Origin: Hemiscyllium ocellatum
Taxonomy: Eukaryota
Direction of reading: 5' to 3'
Assembly: GCF_020745735.1 (NCBI RefSeq)
Contig: NC_083409.1
Coordinates: forward strand, 17,174,619-17,238,618
Length of the DNA: 64,000 nt
Below, in pieces: positions 11,070 through 23,368 of the stretch. The notes beneath the pieces are model-generated. The model saw only the letters and a program-made list of their open reading frames with translations, was not told where the DNA came from and searched no databases. The position numbers were made by a program, and so were the translations under genes. Numbering within the stretch: position 1 is the first letter of the stretch; every line of letters starts with the position of its first letter.

Positions 11070-12140
11070 TGGAGGAGACAGAGGATAGTGATGAGAGGAT
11101 GGTTTTCAGAATGGAGGGCTGTGACTCGTGGGGTTCCACAGGGAACTCTGCTGTATATGGTCTACATAAATGATTTGGAGGAAAGCGTAGCTGGTCTAAT
11201 TAGTAAGTTTACAATTGATACAAAGATTGGTAGAATTGGAGATAATGAGAAGGATTATCTAGGATATGGCAGGATAGAGATCAGTTGGATGCTTGGACAG
11301 AAAAATGGCAGGTGTAGTTTAATCCAGACAAATGTGAGGTGATGCATTTTGAAAGGTGATGTACAGGTGGGAATTATATAATGAATGGCAGAATCCTTTG
11401 AAGTTTTGATATACAGAGGGATCTGGGTGTGTATGTTCACAGATCACTGAAGGTGCCAGCACAGGGAGGTAAGGCAGTAAAAAAGGCTTAGGGCATGCTT
11501 GCCTTCATTGGAAGATGCATTGAGTGTAAGGATAGACAAGTTATGCTGCAGGTTTATAGAACTTTATTCCGGCCACGCTTGGAATATGGTATACTGTTCT
11601 GATTGCATATAACTGCATACAGTCCAAAAAGAAGGATGTGGATGTTTTGAAGATGGTGCAGAAAATGTTTACCAGAATATTGTCTGGTATGGGGGGATTA
11701 TAGTTCTGAAGAAAGGTTGGAGAGACTGAGTTTGTTTTCACTGGAATGCAGGGAAATGAGGTGCATCCTGATAGAAGTTTACAGAGTTGTGAATGGGATA
11801 GGCAGAGTGGAAAATATGAGGCCTTTTCCCAGGGTGGAGGGGTCAAATACTAGGGGACGCAGGTTCAAGGTGCAGGGGTTTGGGGGGAATTAATTGTAAA
11901 GAGATGTACAAACCAAGTATTTCACACAAAGGGAGTTGAGTACCTGGAACACACTGCCAGAGGAGGGAGTGGAAGCAGACACAATAGAAGTATTCAAGAA
12001 ATACCTGCACTAATGTATGAATAGGAACGGAATAGAGGGATATGAATCCTGTTGATGAAGATAGTTTCAGTATAGAAGGGCAAAATGTATCAGCACAGGC
12101 TTGGAGGGCCGAAGGGCCTGTTCCTGTGCTGTATTGTTCC
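11070..12140 (+). mobile_element. CR1 LINE 3' remnant
   Basis: RT-region residues (GVPQGT..YINDL..ISKFTIDTKIG) and a tail ending 'gggcctgttcctgtgctgtattgttc'. Confidence 0.8.
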
Positions 12141-12544
12141 TTGTTCTTTGGTCCCTGCTGTTGAATTGGATTCTCGGGAGCCAGCTCCATATGAAGAGCC
12201 TGTTCTCATTCTTTTGTTGGAGTTCATGGGGCAGCTGCTGCTTCCTTGCTACGTCACTGATCAAACCAACAATGGGGAAAGCCTCTTGATATTTTAAGTA
12301 CACTGTCTGCAGGAAAATGTTTGGCTGAGGTTTTAATATTGTTTAATAAGATAATGATATCAATACACCAGTGTTTTTTACAGCTAGGAACATTTAACAT
12401 CATAGTCCTTGTTTTAAATGGACTCTCACTCATGATAATTCTGTTTTCAATGTTTCTCTCCCTTTATGTGTTATGAAGAGATTTGCCAACATGTTTTGGT
12501 GAGGACAGTGCATCTTCATTGGAAGATTGGAAGATTATATCTTC

Positions 12545-13680
12545 AGGACACACGCACTAAACAACCCCACCACCCTGTGGCTGACCATTTCAACTCCCCC
12601 TCTCACTTGCTAAGGATATGCAAGTCCTTAGGCCTCCTCCGCTGCCAAATTGAAGCCATCTAACAACTGGAGGAAGAGCACCACATCTTCCACCTTGAGA
12701 CCCTCCAATGACATGGAATCAATGTTATAGAGTCATAGAGTCATGGAGATGTACAGCATGGAAACAGACCCTTCGATCCAACCCGTCCATGCCAACCAGA
12801 TATCCCAACCCAATCTAGTCCCACCTGCCAGCACCCGGCCCATATCCCTCCAAACCCTTCCTATTCATATACACATTCAAATGCCTCTTAAATGTTGCAT
12901 TTGTACCAGCCTCCACCACATCCGCTGGTAGCTCATACACGTACCACACTCTGCGTGAAAAAAGTTGCCCCTTAGGTCTCTTTTATATCTTTCCCCTCTC
13001 ACCCTAAACCTATGCCCTCTAGTTCTGGACTCCCCAACCACAAGGAAAAGACGTTGTCTATTTATCCTATCTATGCCCTTCATAATTTTGTAAACCTCTA
13101 TCAGGTCACCCCTCAGCCTCTGACGCTCCAGGGAAAACAGCCCCAGCCTGTTCAGCCTCTCCCTGTAGCTCAGATCCTCCAACCCTGGCAACATCCTTGT
13201 AAATCTTTTCTGAACCCTTTCAATTTTCACAACATCTTTCCGATAGGAAGGAGACCAGAATTGTATGCACTATTCCAACAGTAGCCTAACCAATGTCTGT
13301 ACAGCCGTAACATGACCTCCCAACTCCTGTACTCAATACTCTGAATGTTGATGTTACTTGTTTCCTCATCTCCACTCCCCCAGCTTATCCCAGATCCAAC
13401 CCTCCAACTTGGCACCACCCTCTTGAACCTGTCCATCTTCCTTCCCACCTATCCACTCCACCCTTCACTCTGACCTATCACTGTCACCCCCCACCTCCAT
13501 GTACCTATTGCAATCTTCATTACCTTTTCCCCAGCCCCAATTCCCTCCCATTTATCTCTCTGACTCCTCACTCCCTCCTCCCCATTCCCCTGATGAAGAG
13601 CTTATGCTCAAAACATCGACTCTCCTGCTCCAGGGATACTGCCTGACCGGCCGTGCTTTTCCAGCGCTACATGATTTCAC
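12545..13680 (+). mobile_element. Penelope-like 3' terminal fragment interrupted by a minus-strand CR1 piece (about 12726-13345)
   Basis: GIY-YIG C-terminal residues 'HPVADHFNSPSH' (12466-12663 ORF); resumes at about 13346 with a pyrimidine-rich terminus and a hammerhead-like motif at 13584-13620. The inner CR1 reads 'KIERVQKRFTRMLPGL..RLRGDLIEVYKIM'. Confidence 0.75.
13584..13620 (+). ncRNA. Degenerate hammerhead motif (stem II GAGC/GCUC)
   Basis: CTGATGA-a-GAGC-ttat-GCTC-AAAAC-ATC; G12 is mutated to A, but stem II shows a compensatory change relative to the GGGC/GCCC copies. Confidence 0.5.
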
Positions 13681-13849
13681 TCTGTGCTGTGGTAACAGAG
13701 TGTTAAAGCCCAGCGCAGGTCATCCGTCATCTCAATCAGATCACAGGGTCTAAGGTTGGTCAGTAATGTCTGGCCCCAGGACAATAACACTGACTAACTG
13801 GAGACAACCCAGATCAAGTCCCAGCGAGAGTGTTCTTGACATTCACACT

Positions 13850-16800
13850 CAAAGCCCACCAAGAAGGGGACAAACTGGATGTATAAAAAGGAAGTTGAAG
13901 GGAAAGTTAGAACAAGAGAAGTCAAGAAGGACAACTGTAGCAATGAGGCAGAAAATTTGAAAAGGGATCATGCTGTAAGGTTGAGTGGAATAGGGGTTGA
14001 TGGGAAGGGTGAGAGCAGTAACAAATTAAAAATACTGTGTATGAATGCACGAAGCATTAGAAATAAGATGGATGAGCTTGAGGCTCCTTTGGAAATTGGC
14101 AGATACGATATTGTGGGGATAACTGAGACGTGGCTTCAAGTGGACAGGGCCTGGGAAATGAATATTCAAGGCTACACGTGCTATCGTAAGGACAGACTGA
14201 CAGGCAGAGGGGGTGGAGTGGCCTTGTTGGTAAGGGAGGATATTCAGTCCCTTGCGCGGGGGGACCTAGAGTCAGGGGATGTAGAGTCAGTGTGGATAGA
14301 GCTGCGAAATACTAAAGGTAAAAAGACCCTCTTGGGAGTCATCTACAGGCCCCCAAACAGTAGTCTGGATGTCGGATGAAAGTTAAATCAGGAGCTGAAA
14401 TTGACCTGTGGTAAAGATGTTACTACAGTTGTTATGGGGGATTTTAACATGCTGGTAGACTGGGAGAATCAGGATGGTATTGGACCTTATGAAAGAGACT
14501 TTGTGGAGTGCCTCAGAGATAGATTCTTAGAGCAGCTGGTGCTGGAGCCGACCAGGGAGAAGGCAATTCTGGATCTAATGTTGTGTAATGAACCAGAATT
14601 GGTCAGAGACCTCGAAGTGAAGGAGCCATTGGGAAGTAGTGACCATAATACAATAAGTTTCAATCTGCAATTTGAGAGGGAGAGGTACAGTCGGAAGTGA
14701 CAGTACTTCTGTTGAATAAAGGGAACTATGGAGCTATGAGGGAGGAGCTGGCCAAAGTTCAATGGTGCAATACCTTAGCAGGGATGACCGTGGTGGAACA
14801 ATGGCGGGTATTTCTGTGTATAATGCAGAAGTTGCAGGATCAGTTCATTCCTAAAAGGAAGAAAGATCCCAGGAGGAGGCATGTGCGGCCGTGGCTAACG
14901 AGGGAAGTTAAGAACCATATAAAGTTAAAAGAGAAAAAGTATAACAGAGCAAAGATAAGTGGGAAAACAGAGGACTGGGAAGCTTTTAAAGAACAACAGA
15001 GGATTACTAAGAAGGAAATACGCAGAGGCAAAATGAGGTACGAAGGTAAACTGGCCAATAATATAAAGGAAGATAGTAAAAGCTTTTTCAAGTATGTGCA
15101 AGGCAAAAAAATGGTTATGACTAAAATTGGGCCCTTGAAGACAGAAACAGTGGAATATATTACAGGGAACAAAGAAATGGCAGAAGAATTAAATGGGTAC
15201 TTCAGATCTGTGTTCACTGGGGAAGACACAAGCAATCTCCCTGAGGTAACAGTGACTGAAGGACCTGAACTTAAGGGAATCTGTATTTGCCAGGATTTGG
15301 TGTTGGAGAGACTGTTAGGTCTGAAGGTTGATAAGTCCCCGGGGCCTGATGGTCTACATCCCAGGGTACTGAAGGAGGTGGCTCGGGAAATCGTGGATAC
15401 GTTGGTGATGATTTTCCAGAATTCGTTAGATTCGGGATCGGTACCTGAGGATTGGAGAGTGGCTAAAGTTATACCACTTTTTAAGAAAGATGGGAGAGAG
15501 AAAGCAGGAAATTATAGACCAGTTAGTCTGACCTCAGTGGTGGGAAAGATGCTGGAGTCTATTATAAAGGATGAGATTACAGCACATCTGGATGGTAGTA
15601 TCAGGATAAGACAGAGTCAGCATGGATTTATAAAGAGGAAATCGTGCTTGACTAATCTTCTGGAGTTTTTTGAGGATGTAACTCTGAGGATGGATGAGGG
15701 AGATCCAGTAGATGTAGTGTACCTGGACTTTCAGAAAGCTTTTGATAAAGTTCCACATAGGAGGTTAGTGAGTAAACTTAGGGCGCATGGTATTGGGGAC
15801 AAAGTACTAGATTGGATTTAAAATTGGTTGGCTGATAGGAAACATTGGGTAGTGATAAACGGCTCCATTTCAGAATGGCAGGCAGTGACCAGTGGGGACC
15901 GCAAGGATCCGTGCTGGGACCACAGCTTTTTACAATATATGTTAATTATATAGAAGATGGTATCAGCAATAACATTAGCAAATTTGCTGATGATACAAAG
16001 CTGGGTGGCAGGGTGAAATGTGATGAGGATGTTAGGAGATTACAGGGTGACCTGGACAAGTTAGATGAGTGGGCAGATGCATGGCAGATGCAGTTTAATG
16101 TGGATAAATGTATGGTTATCCACTTTGGTGGCAAGAACAGGAAGGCAGATTACTACCTCAATGGAATTAATTTAGGTAAAGGGGCAGTACAGAGAGATCT
16201 GGGTGTTCTTGTACACCGTCAATAAAGGCAAGCATGCAGTTACAGCAGGTAGTGAAGAAGGCTAATAGCATGCTGGCCTTCATAACAAGAGGGATTGAGT
16301 ATAGGAGCAAAGAGGTGCTTCTGCAGCTGTACAGGGCCCTGGTGAGACCACACCGGGAGTACGGTGTGTAGTTCTGGTCGCCAAATTTGAGGAAGGACAT
16401 TTTGGCTATTGAGGGGGTGCAGCGTAGGTTCACGAGGTCAATTCTGGAATGGCGGGATTACCTTACACTGAAAGACTGAAGCGACTGGGCTTGTATACCC
16501 TTGAGTTTAGAAGACTGAGAGGGGATCTGATTGAGACATATACGACTATAAAAGGATTGGACACTCTGGCAGCAGGAAACATGTTTCCGCTGATGGGTGA
16601 GTGCCAAACCAGAGGACACAGCTTAAAAATTTAGGACAGAGATGAGGAGAAACTTCTTCACCCAGAGAGTGATGGCTGTATGAAATGCTCTGCCCCAGAG
16701 GACAGTGGAGGCCCAGTCTCTGGATTCATTTAAGAAAGAGTTGGATAGAGCTCTCAAAGATAGTGGAATCAAGGGTTATGGAGATAAGGCAGGGAGTGGA

Positions 16801-16898
16801 TACTGATTAGGAATGATCAGCCATGATCATATTGAATGGCGGTGCAGGCTCGAAGGGCCCAATGGCCTACTCCTGCACCTATTGTCTATTGTCTATTG
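13850..16898 (+). mobile_element. Relatively young CR1 LINE, near-complete ORF2 (APE + RT) with a few stops and frameshifts
   Basis: ORFs 13879-14379 (LCMNARSIRNK..GITETWL..GVIYRPP), 14401-14700 (VMGDFN..GSSDHN), 14697-15821 (NYRPVSLTSVVGKMLE..YLDFQKAFDKVPH), 15845-16225 (PQGSVLGP..FADDTK); ends in (CTATTGT)3. Confidence 0.95.
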
Positions 16899-17449
16899 TT
16901 GTTAGTCTCAATGTTGCCACAGATTAAGTTCTCCCAGAGATTCATAATTCATTCCAGATTTTAAACAAGGGAGGGATGTTGTGCGGAGACAGATGGGAAG
17001 GCATGGAGAGGAAACAAAAAGGAGAGAGAATTGCATTGCTGTTACACCGTTCATGAGCTCAGGATGTTCAAAGATGTTTTACAGCTAATGGAATACTTCC
17101 AAAGTCTAGTCATTGTTGTAATGTTGGGGGGTAGGGGGGAATGACAGGATCCCCAAACAGAAGGAATGCCAAAAATGCTATCACTATGAGAGTGGAAAGG
17201 TCGGGTGGGGATAGTGACAGTGATGCCCTCCACAGAGAGAGGGGAAGGTACACTGACACATTTAAAACTGTATCAACACAAGTGAGAAATCAAAAACCAC
17301 CCACTCCATCATGAGTCTTCCCATATTGTTGGTTTGATCAGTGACGTAGCAAGGAAGCAGCAGCTGCCCCATGAACTCCAACAAAAGAATGAGAACAGGC
17401 TCTTCATACGGAGCTGGCTCACGAGAATCCAATTCAACAGCAGGGACCA

Positions 17450-18640
17450 AAGAACAAGGAACAATACAGCACAGGAACAGGCCCTTTGGCCCTCCCAGCC
17501 TGTGCTGACACATTTTGCCCTTCCTGACTGAAACTGTATTCACCTACAGGATTCATATCCCTCTATTCCCTTCCTATCCATGTATTCATCCAGATGTTTC
17601 TTGAATGCTGCCATTGTGTCTGCTTCCACCACGTCCACTGGCTGTGTGTTCCAGCCCCTCACCACCGCTTCTGTGAAATACTTACCTCACACATCTGTTT
17701 TAAATCCCCACCGCAACCCCCCCCCACACCTTGAACCTGTGTCCCCTAGTAACTGACCCCTCTACCCTGGGAAAAACCCTCATATTTCCCACTCTCTCCA
17801 TGCTATTCACAATTTCATCCATTTCTATTAGGTTGCCCTTCAACCTCCTGATTCCAATGAAAACAAAGCCAGTCTATCCAACCTTCCTTCATCACCAAAA
17901 CCCTCCATATCAGACAGCATTCTTGGTATTTTTTTCTTCTGTACCCTCTCCAAAGCATCGACATCCTTCTGGTCATGGTGACCAGAACCATATGCAATAT
18001 TCCCAGTGTGGCCAAACTAAAGTTCAGTAAAGCTGCAGTGTAACTTGTCTATCCTAATCCTCAGTGCTCCTCCCAATGTAGCCAAAGCTGCCATTGGCCT
18101 TTTTTACTACCTTAGGTGCTGCCACCATCAGTGATCTGTGAACATGTACATCCAGATCCCTCTGCATTTCAATACTCCAATGGATTCTGCCATTCACTGT
18201 GCAGGTATTCTGCCACCTGTATTTCATCTTACAAAATGCATCATTTCACATATATCATGTGCCATTTAAATGTCATGTGCCGTTTTCTATCCATGCATCC
18301 AATTGATCTGTGTCCTGCTGTAGCCTCTGATAATCTGATCATTAACTGCAACTCCAGCAATCTTTGTGGCATCCACAAACTCATCAATGAGACTAGCCAT
18401 GTTTTCGTCCAAATCACTGGAGACCATGAACAGCAAAGGTCCCATCATTGATCCCTGCAAAACCCCACAAGACACAGCCTCCATTTTGAAATCCATCCTT
18501 CCATCACTACCCTCTGTCTCCTCTGACTCAACCAGTTCTGTGCCCAGTGCTGGGAACATTTTAGACAAGACACCTTGTTGCCAGCTCGTTACTGCAACTT
18601 GATCCAGTTCAGTCAGAAAGAGACAAAGGACAATGTGCAG
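17450..18640 (-). mobile_element. CR1 LINE 3' remnant
   Basis: Minus-strand 'GVLQGSMMGPLLF..FVDATKIAG' and a CR1 3' tail near 17450-17520. Confidence 0.8.
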
Positions 18641-19023
18641 ATTGTTGAACAGGCCCCTACACCTGGGTCTGAGGGAGGGGCCCAAGCTCCAACACACTAC
18701 ACACGAAATTTCAGACAGAGTGGGGTCATGAAATCTGTCCATATGTTCCTTTGGGACCGGAAAGGAATGAGGAAATAGAGGCAATTGTAGAAGAGTCAAT
18801 AAGGATTAAAGCAAGATTGAAGGAGAGTTTTGGAAAGGTTTTAGTGGAGAAAATATACTTTTTGCCACCCAATGCTGACGTAGTCTCCGTGTGTCACATC
18901 ATGAATAAAACAGCACACTACGAGGACAATCAAAAGTTACACAAAATTACTTCTTTTTGATATATCATAGCACGCAGACCATTTTCATTGTGGTGCAATT
19001 AGGTATCCTGGTTCAAAAGATGT

Positions 19024-19054
<31 letters not shown>

Positions 19055-19152
19055 TTCCTCGTTTGTACAGATCGAGCTGGTTAGATCCTCACACAGCCCC
19101 AGTTTATTTGGACTGTTCAGTAATGTGGGGATGCCGATGTTGGACTGGGGTA

Positions 19153-19187
19153 CACCTGATGAAGTAGCAGCGCTTCGGAAGCTTGTG
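19153..19187 (+). ncRNA. Degenerate hammerhead motif (second family, CUH cleavage triplet) in a short repeat
   Basis: cac-CTGATGA-a-gtag-cagcg-cttc-GGAAG-CTT-gtg; stem I cac/gtg intact, GAAA box mutated. Duplicate at 53205-53239. Confidence 0.45.
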
Positions 19188-21994
19188 ATTTCAAATGAAT
19201 CGGTTGGGCTAGAACCTGGTGTAGTGTGTCCTCTGACTTTGAAACAGCTGCTTTCTAGTTACTATGGAGGACTTCCACAGCTACTGAAGACTATGGGTAA
19301 TGACTCCTTCCATTAGCTGCAAACACACCAGTAGTCATTCCAGTGGATTCTAGTGGGAATGACCAATCAGTTGCTTTGACCTAGTTCCCCAGTTAATCAG
19401 GCCATGGCTGACCTGGAATACATTCTCCCTTTGTCCTGTAAACCGTACTGCCCTGAGTAAATGGCTACTGAAACCCAACCTCAACAGCTTTTTATTTTGG
19501 ATTGAGGGTTCCAGATTTCCATCACTCTATCCGAAGGAAATTTTCCTGAAATTGCCTGAATTACAATTTTGACATGCCTCTTGTACTGGACTCTGGGACT
19601 GGAGAAAGCAATTTACATCAACATTGTTCATCATCTCTGGGGAAAAGTAACGCTGATGTAACCTGTTCTCTCTCATTAACAGTTTCTGATCTGAAGGTGA
19701 CATCACAGGCTGGATACTGAGAGGGTGGATCCTGTTATCGGGCAGACGAAAACTGGAGGGCCAGTTTAGCACAAAGTAGTCTCCCATTGAAAAGGAAGGA
19801 GGGGTTTTCTTGCTGAGGGTTGATAGCCTGTGGAATTCTGTTCTGTACATGGGAATGGAGGTTCACTCATGGAGTTGGCACAAGGTTAAAGTAGACAGAT
19901 TTTTTGATGAACAAGGCAATTAAGGATAATGGGAGGGGGTGGGGAAGCAGAAAGTACAGGTGAGACAACACCCAGATAAGTAGTGATCTTCTTTATTGAC
20001 AGAGCAGCTCCCAAAAGGCCTGCTCCTGCTCCTGGGCCCTATGTTCTGGCAGTGGCTGCAGCAATCCTGGACCCCCAGCTTTCCTTTGTCACTCACTGAC
20101 AAAAATGACAAAAGTTAAAATTATTTTCTTTAACAAGACCAACTCAACTCTTGTTGCAGTCATTTTCTTTGCTGGATTTTAATTTCAGCAGGGTTTTAGA
20201 AACACATCATTTGCCTTATGTTGCAGTGGAGACAGACACAGGGCAGTGAGGCCTCAGAGAGCACCGAGAGCTTTCACTCTGCACAACAAGGCTGTCAGCA
20301 CAAGCATCTGGTGACAGGATTGTAGGGGGTTGAAAAGGAGAGAGTCACTGAGAAAAGAGACCTTATAGTTCAAAATAAAACCTCTTCATATATTCCCACA
20401 CTCTAATGAATTAATGTTAGAGGATTAGAAACCCAGAACGGTGAGAGTGTGCTGGCTCAGAGGCTAAAAGGCAGACAGCAAGGAGCTGCATTATTCCTTC
20501 TCATTATTATTTCTGCTTCATCATTGGTGAGCTTCATAATTATTGCCCACCCCCAGTTGCTTGGACGAAGTTCTTTGCTGAGCCAGATCATGGGGTCATT
20601 AAAAATGGATCATGTCACAGTGGGGCAGGAGTCACAAACCGGGCTCCCTCACCGAAAGAACATTTGTGAACATCACATTGAATTTCATGTCTATTTTGTA
20701 CAGATTCCAGCGCCTTCCTTTCCAGATATTACATGGCTCACCACCGCCCTCTCCAGGACAATTAGGGAAAGGCAACCAATAACCAACACGTCAACGCCCG
20801 CCCCATCCCAGGAGAAATCAAGAGAAATAATGTAAAATTAAAATAATCAAACTGGTGAGGCTTGAATTAATCTCTTTGAAAGACTGGACTCTCAGCCAGA
20901 AACAGAGCCATGACATGGGTGACCCTGGTTTGTCAGACTGAAAGGTGAAGTGTCCTTTGGATTGACACTGGGATCAGCAAAAAATGAATTACTCTCAAAG
21001 ATCGAGCAAACAGCTATCAAAGTGGGTCACCAAACTGCAGAGTACAGCACCTGCAGCACCGCGTCCCCATCTCTATCCTTGCTGTTGCCCTTCCCTAACT
21101 GTCCTGGAGAGGGCGGTGGTGAGCCATGGGTTTCTTGAAGAGGGTCTGACAGAGGGACAAGGTCATGTCCTCGGCCTGAGCACAACTGTCTGACCTTCTG
21201 TGCTTTTCCAGCGCCACACTTTTTGACTCCGAGTAAACTATCCTTCAGGAGAATGAGCTGTGGCACAAGAGGAAACGTGGGAGTATTGGAAAGGCACCGG
21301 CAGCCTGGTCAGCCTGCAGAGGGGCAGAAACAGATTTGATGAATGAGATGATATCCTTCTAAGCTGAAATACAGACTTAGGCTTTCAGAGCTACACAGTT
21401 TACATTGTTACTGACGGTGACTCCATGGGCAATGTTCCTGCTTCAGAGTCAAATGGTCACCTCAGAAATGAGAACACAGAATCCAGGTTGAGACTGCAGT
21501 GAACTCTGGCACAATGTTATGTATGAGATGCTCATTTAAAGCCCCACCAGCACCACCCAGACCCCAATCCCTCCACCTCAGGGGGCTCGACAAGTCCCAT
21601 TCTGAAGAGATTCCCTCAGGTATCCTGCTCAATATTCAACTAATGCCACCAAAAAGATTTGTCTCATCATTCGTTTGCTGATTTTGGGACGTCAGCATTT
21701 TGTCTTGTGAAGGTGATTGCACTGTGCAGGCAGCTTTAAATATCCTGGGATGATTACAAAAAAACACTGCACCAACAAGTGTTCTTTCTTCCTGTCACAT
21801 AACAGGGGAGCTAATCAGTAACTGAAAATCCACACTGAAGGCAAACACTGAAGCTTCAGCTGAAAGGCTTTTTGCACCATGTTAACCTGCGCCCTGGGCA
21901 TTTCCTTCCAGTGTCCGAGATGGTTACCAGGCTGGGATGGAGGCTTACAGGAGGCTGGAAGAGCACAGCAAGCCAGGCAGAATCTGGAGGTGGA

Positions 21995-22033
21995 GCAGTC
22001 AACATTTCGGGTATAACCCTTCTTCAGAACTGC
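21995..22033 (-). ncRNA. Minimal type-I hammerhead ribozyme motif (GUU site, 6-bp stem I)
   Basis: Minus strand: GCAGTT-CTGAAGA-a-GGGT-tat-ACCC-GAAAT-GTT-GACTGC. Duplicate at 56045-56083. Activity untested. Confidence 0.6.
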
Positions 22034-23332
22034 AGGTGGGGGTAGGGGGAGCTGCAAATCAAGGTGGGATCAGTTGTTTGGGCGGGTGGGGGTAATGGTG
22101 GAGTGGTAGGCATTAATGGATGAACACAGGTAGAGGGTTTGAAGTGGTTGGTTGATGGGAGGAATGAATTCATTTGGTGGCTAAAAGGGAGGGTCTGTAA
22201 GTGGAATAGATGGAGGAGGGGGACTGGAAAGGGAGTCAAAAGTTGGGAAAGGGAGGCTTTTTGAAACTAGAGAATTCAATGTTGATTCCTCTGGGTTGTA
22301 AGCTTCCCAGGCAAAAGATGATTATTTGTTCCTCCAATTTGCAGTCTGATTGCTTGTTGCAATGGAGGAAGCAGAGGATGGTCATGTCTGAGAGGGAATA
22401 GGAAGGGGAATTGAAATAGGCAGTGACTGGGAGGCCAGGTCAGCCTTTGTGAGCATGGCTGAGATGCTCAGCAAAACATGCCCTTAGTTTATGTTTGGTC
22501 TCACTGATGCAGAGAAGACCACAACGGGTGCACCGGATACAATAAACTAGGTTGGAGGAGAGGCAGGTGAACCTCTGTCTGACCTGGAAGGACTGGGGCC
22601 CTGGATGGAAATGACAGGGGTGGTGTGTCGGCAGGTTTTGCATCTTTTACGGTTGCAGGGGAAGGTACCAGGGTTTTGTTGGGGGAGGTGGGGGTAGGTG
22701 TGAAGTGTGGTGAAAACCAAGGATTGGCAAAGGGAACAGTCCTTGTGGAAGGCAGAGAGGGGTGGGGAGGGTAAGATGTTCATGGTGGTGGGGTCTAGCT
22801 GGAGTTGGCAGAATTGTTTGAGGATGATACGTTGGATGCGGAGATTGGTGGGTTGTAAGTTGAAGACAAGGGGAACCCTGTCTTTATTGAATTTTGGAGG
22901 GGGGTGTTTAGATTTGGAGAGCAGAGAATGGAGGAGGTGCAGTGGAGGGCTTTCTGGATGGCAGAGCTGGGAAAAGTACATGATTAAAAATAGGTGGACA
23001 TCTGGACACTTAGGAGGGGAGCGTCTCCTCGTTCGAGCAGATGTGACGGAGATGGAAGATTTGGGAAAACGGGGTGGTGTTCTTGCAGGATACTGGTTGG
23101 GAGGAGGTGTTGTCCAGATACTTGTGTGAGTCTGTGGGTTAACAGTAAATGTCTGTTCCTAGACTGTCACCGGAGATGGAAATGGGGCGGTCAAGAAAGG
23201 AGAGGGATTTGTCCAAGATAGACTACGTGAATTTAAGAGTAAAAAGTGAGGCCTGCAGATGCTGGAGATCAGGGCTGAAAATGTGTTGCTGGTTAAAGCG
23301 CAACAGGTCAGGCAGCATCCATGGAACAGGAA

Positions 23333-23368
23333 ATTCGACGTTTCGGGCACAAGCCCTTCATCAGGAAT
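23333..23368 (-). ncRNA. Intact minimal type-I hammerhead ribozyme motif (GUC site)
   Basis: Minus strand: ATTC-CTGATGA-a-GGGC-ttgt-GCCC-GAAAC-GTC-GAAT; all core nucleotides present, 4-bp stems I and II, palindromic loop-less stem III (ACGU). Duplicate at 57381-57416. Confidence 0.78.
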
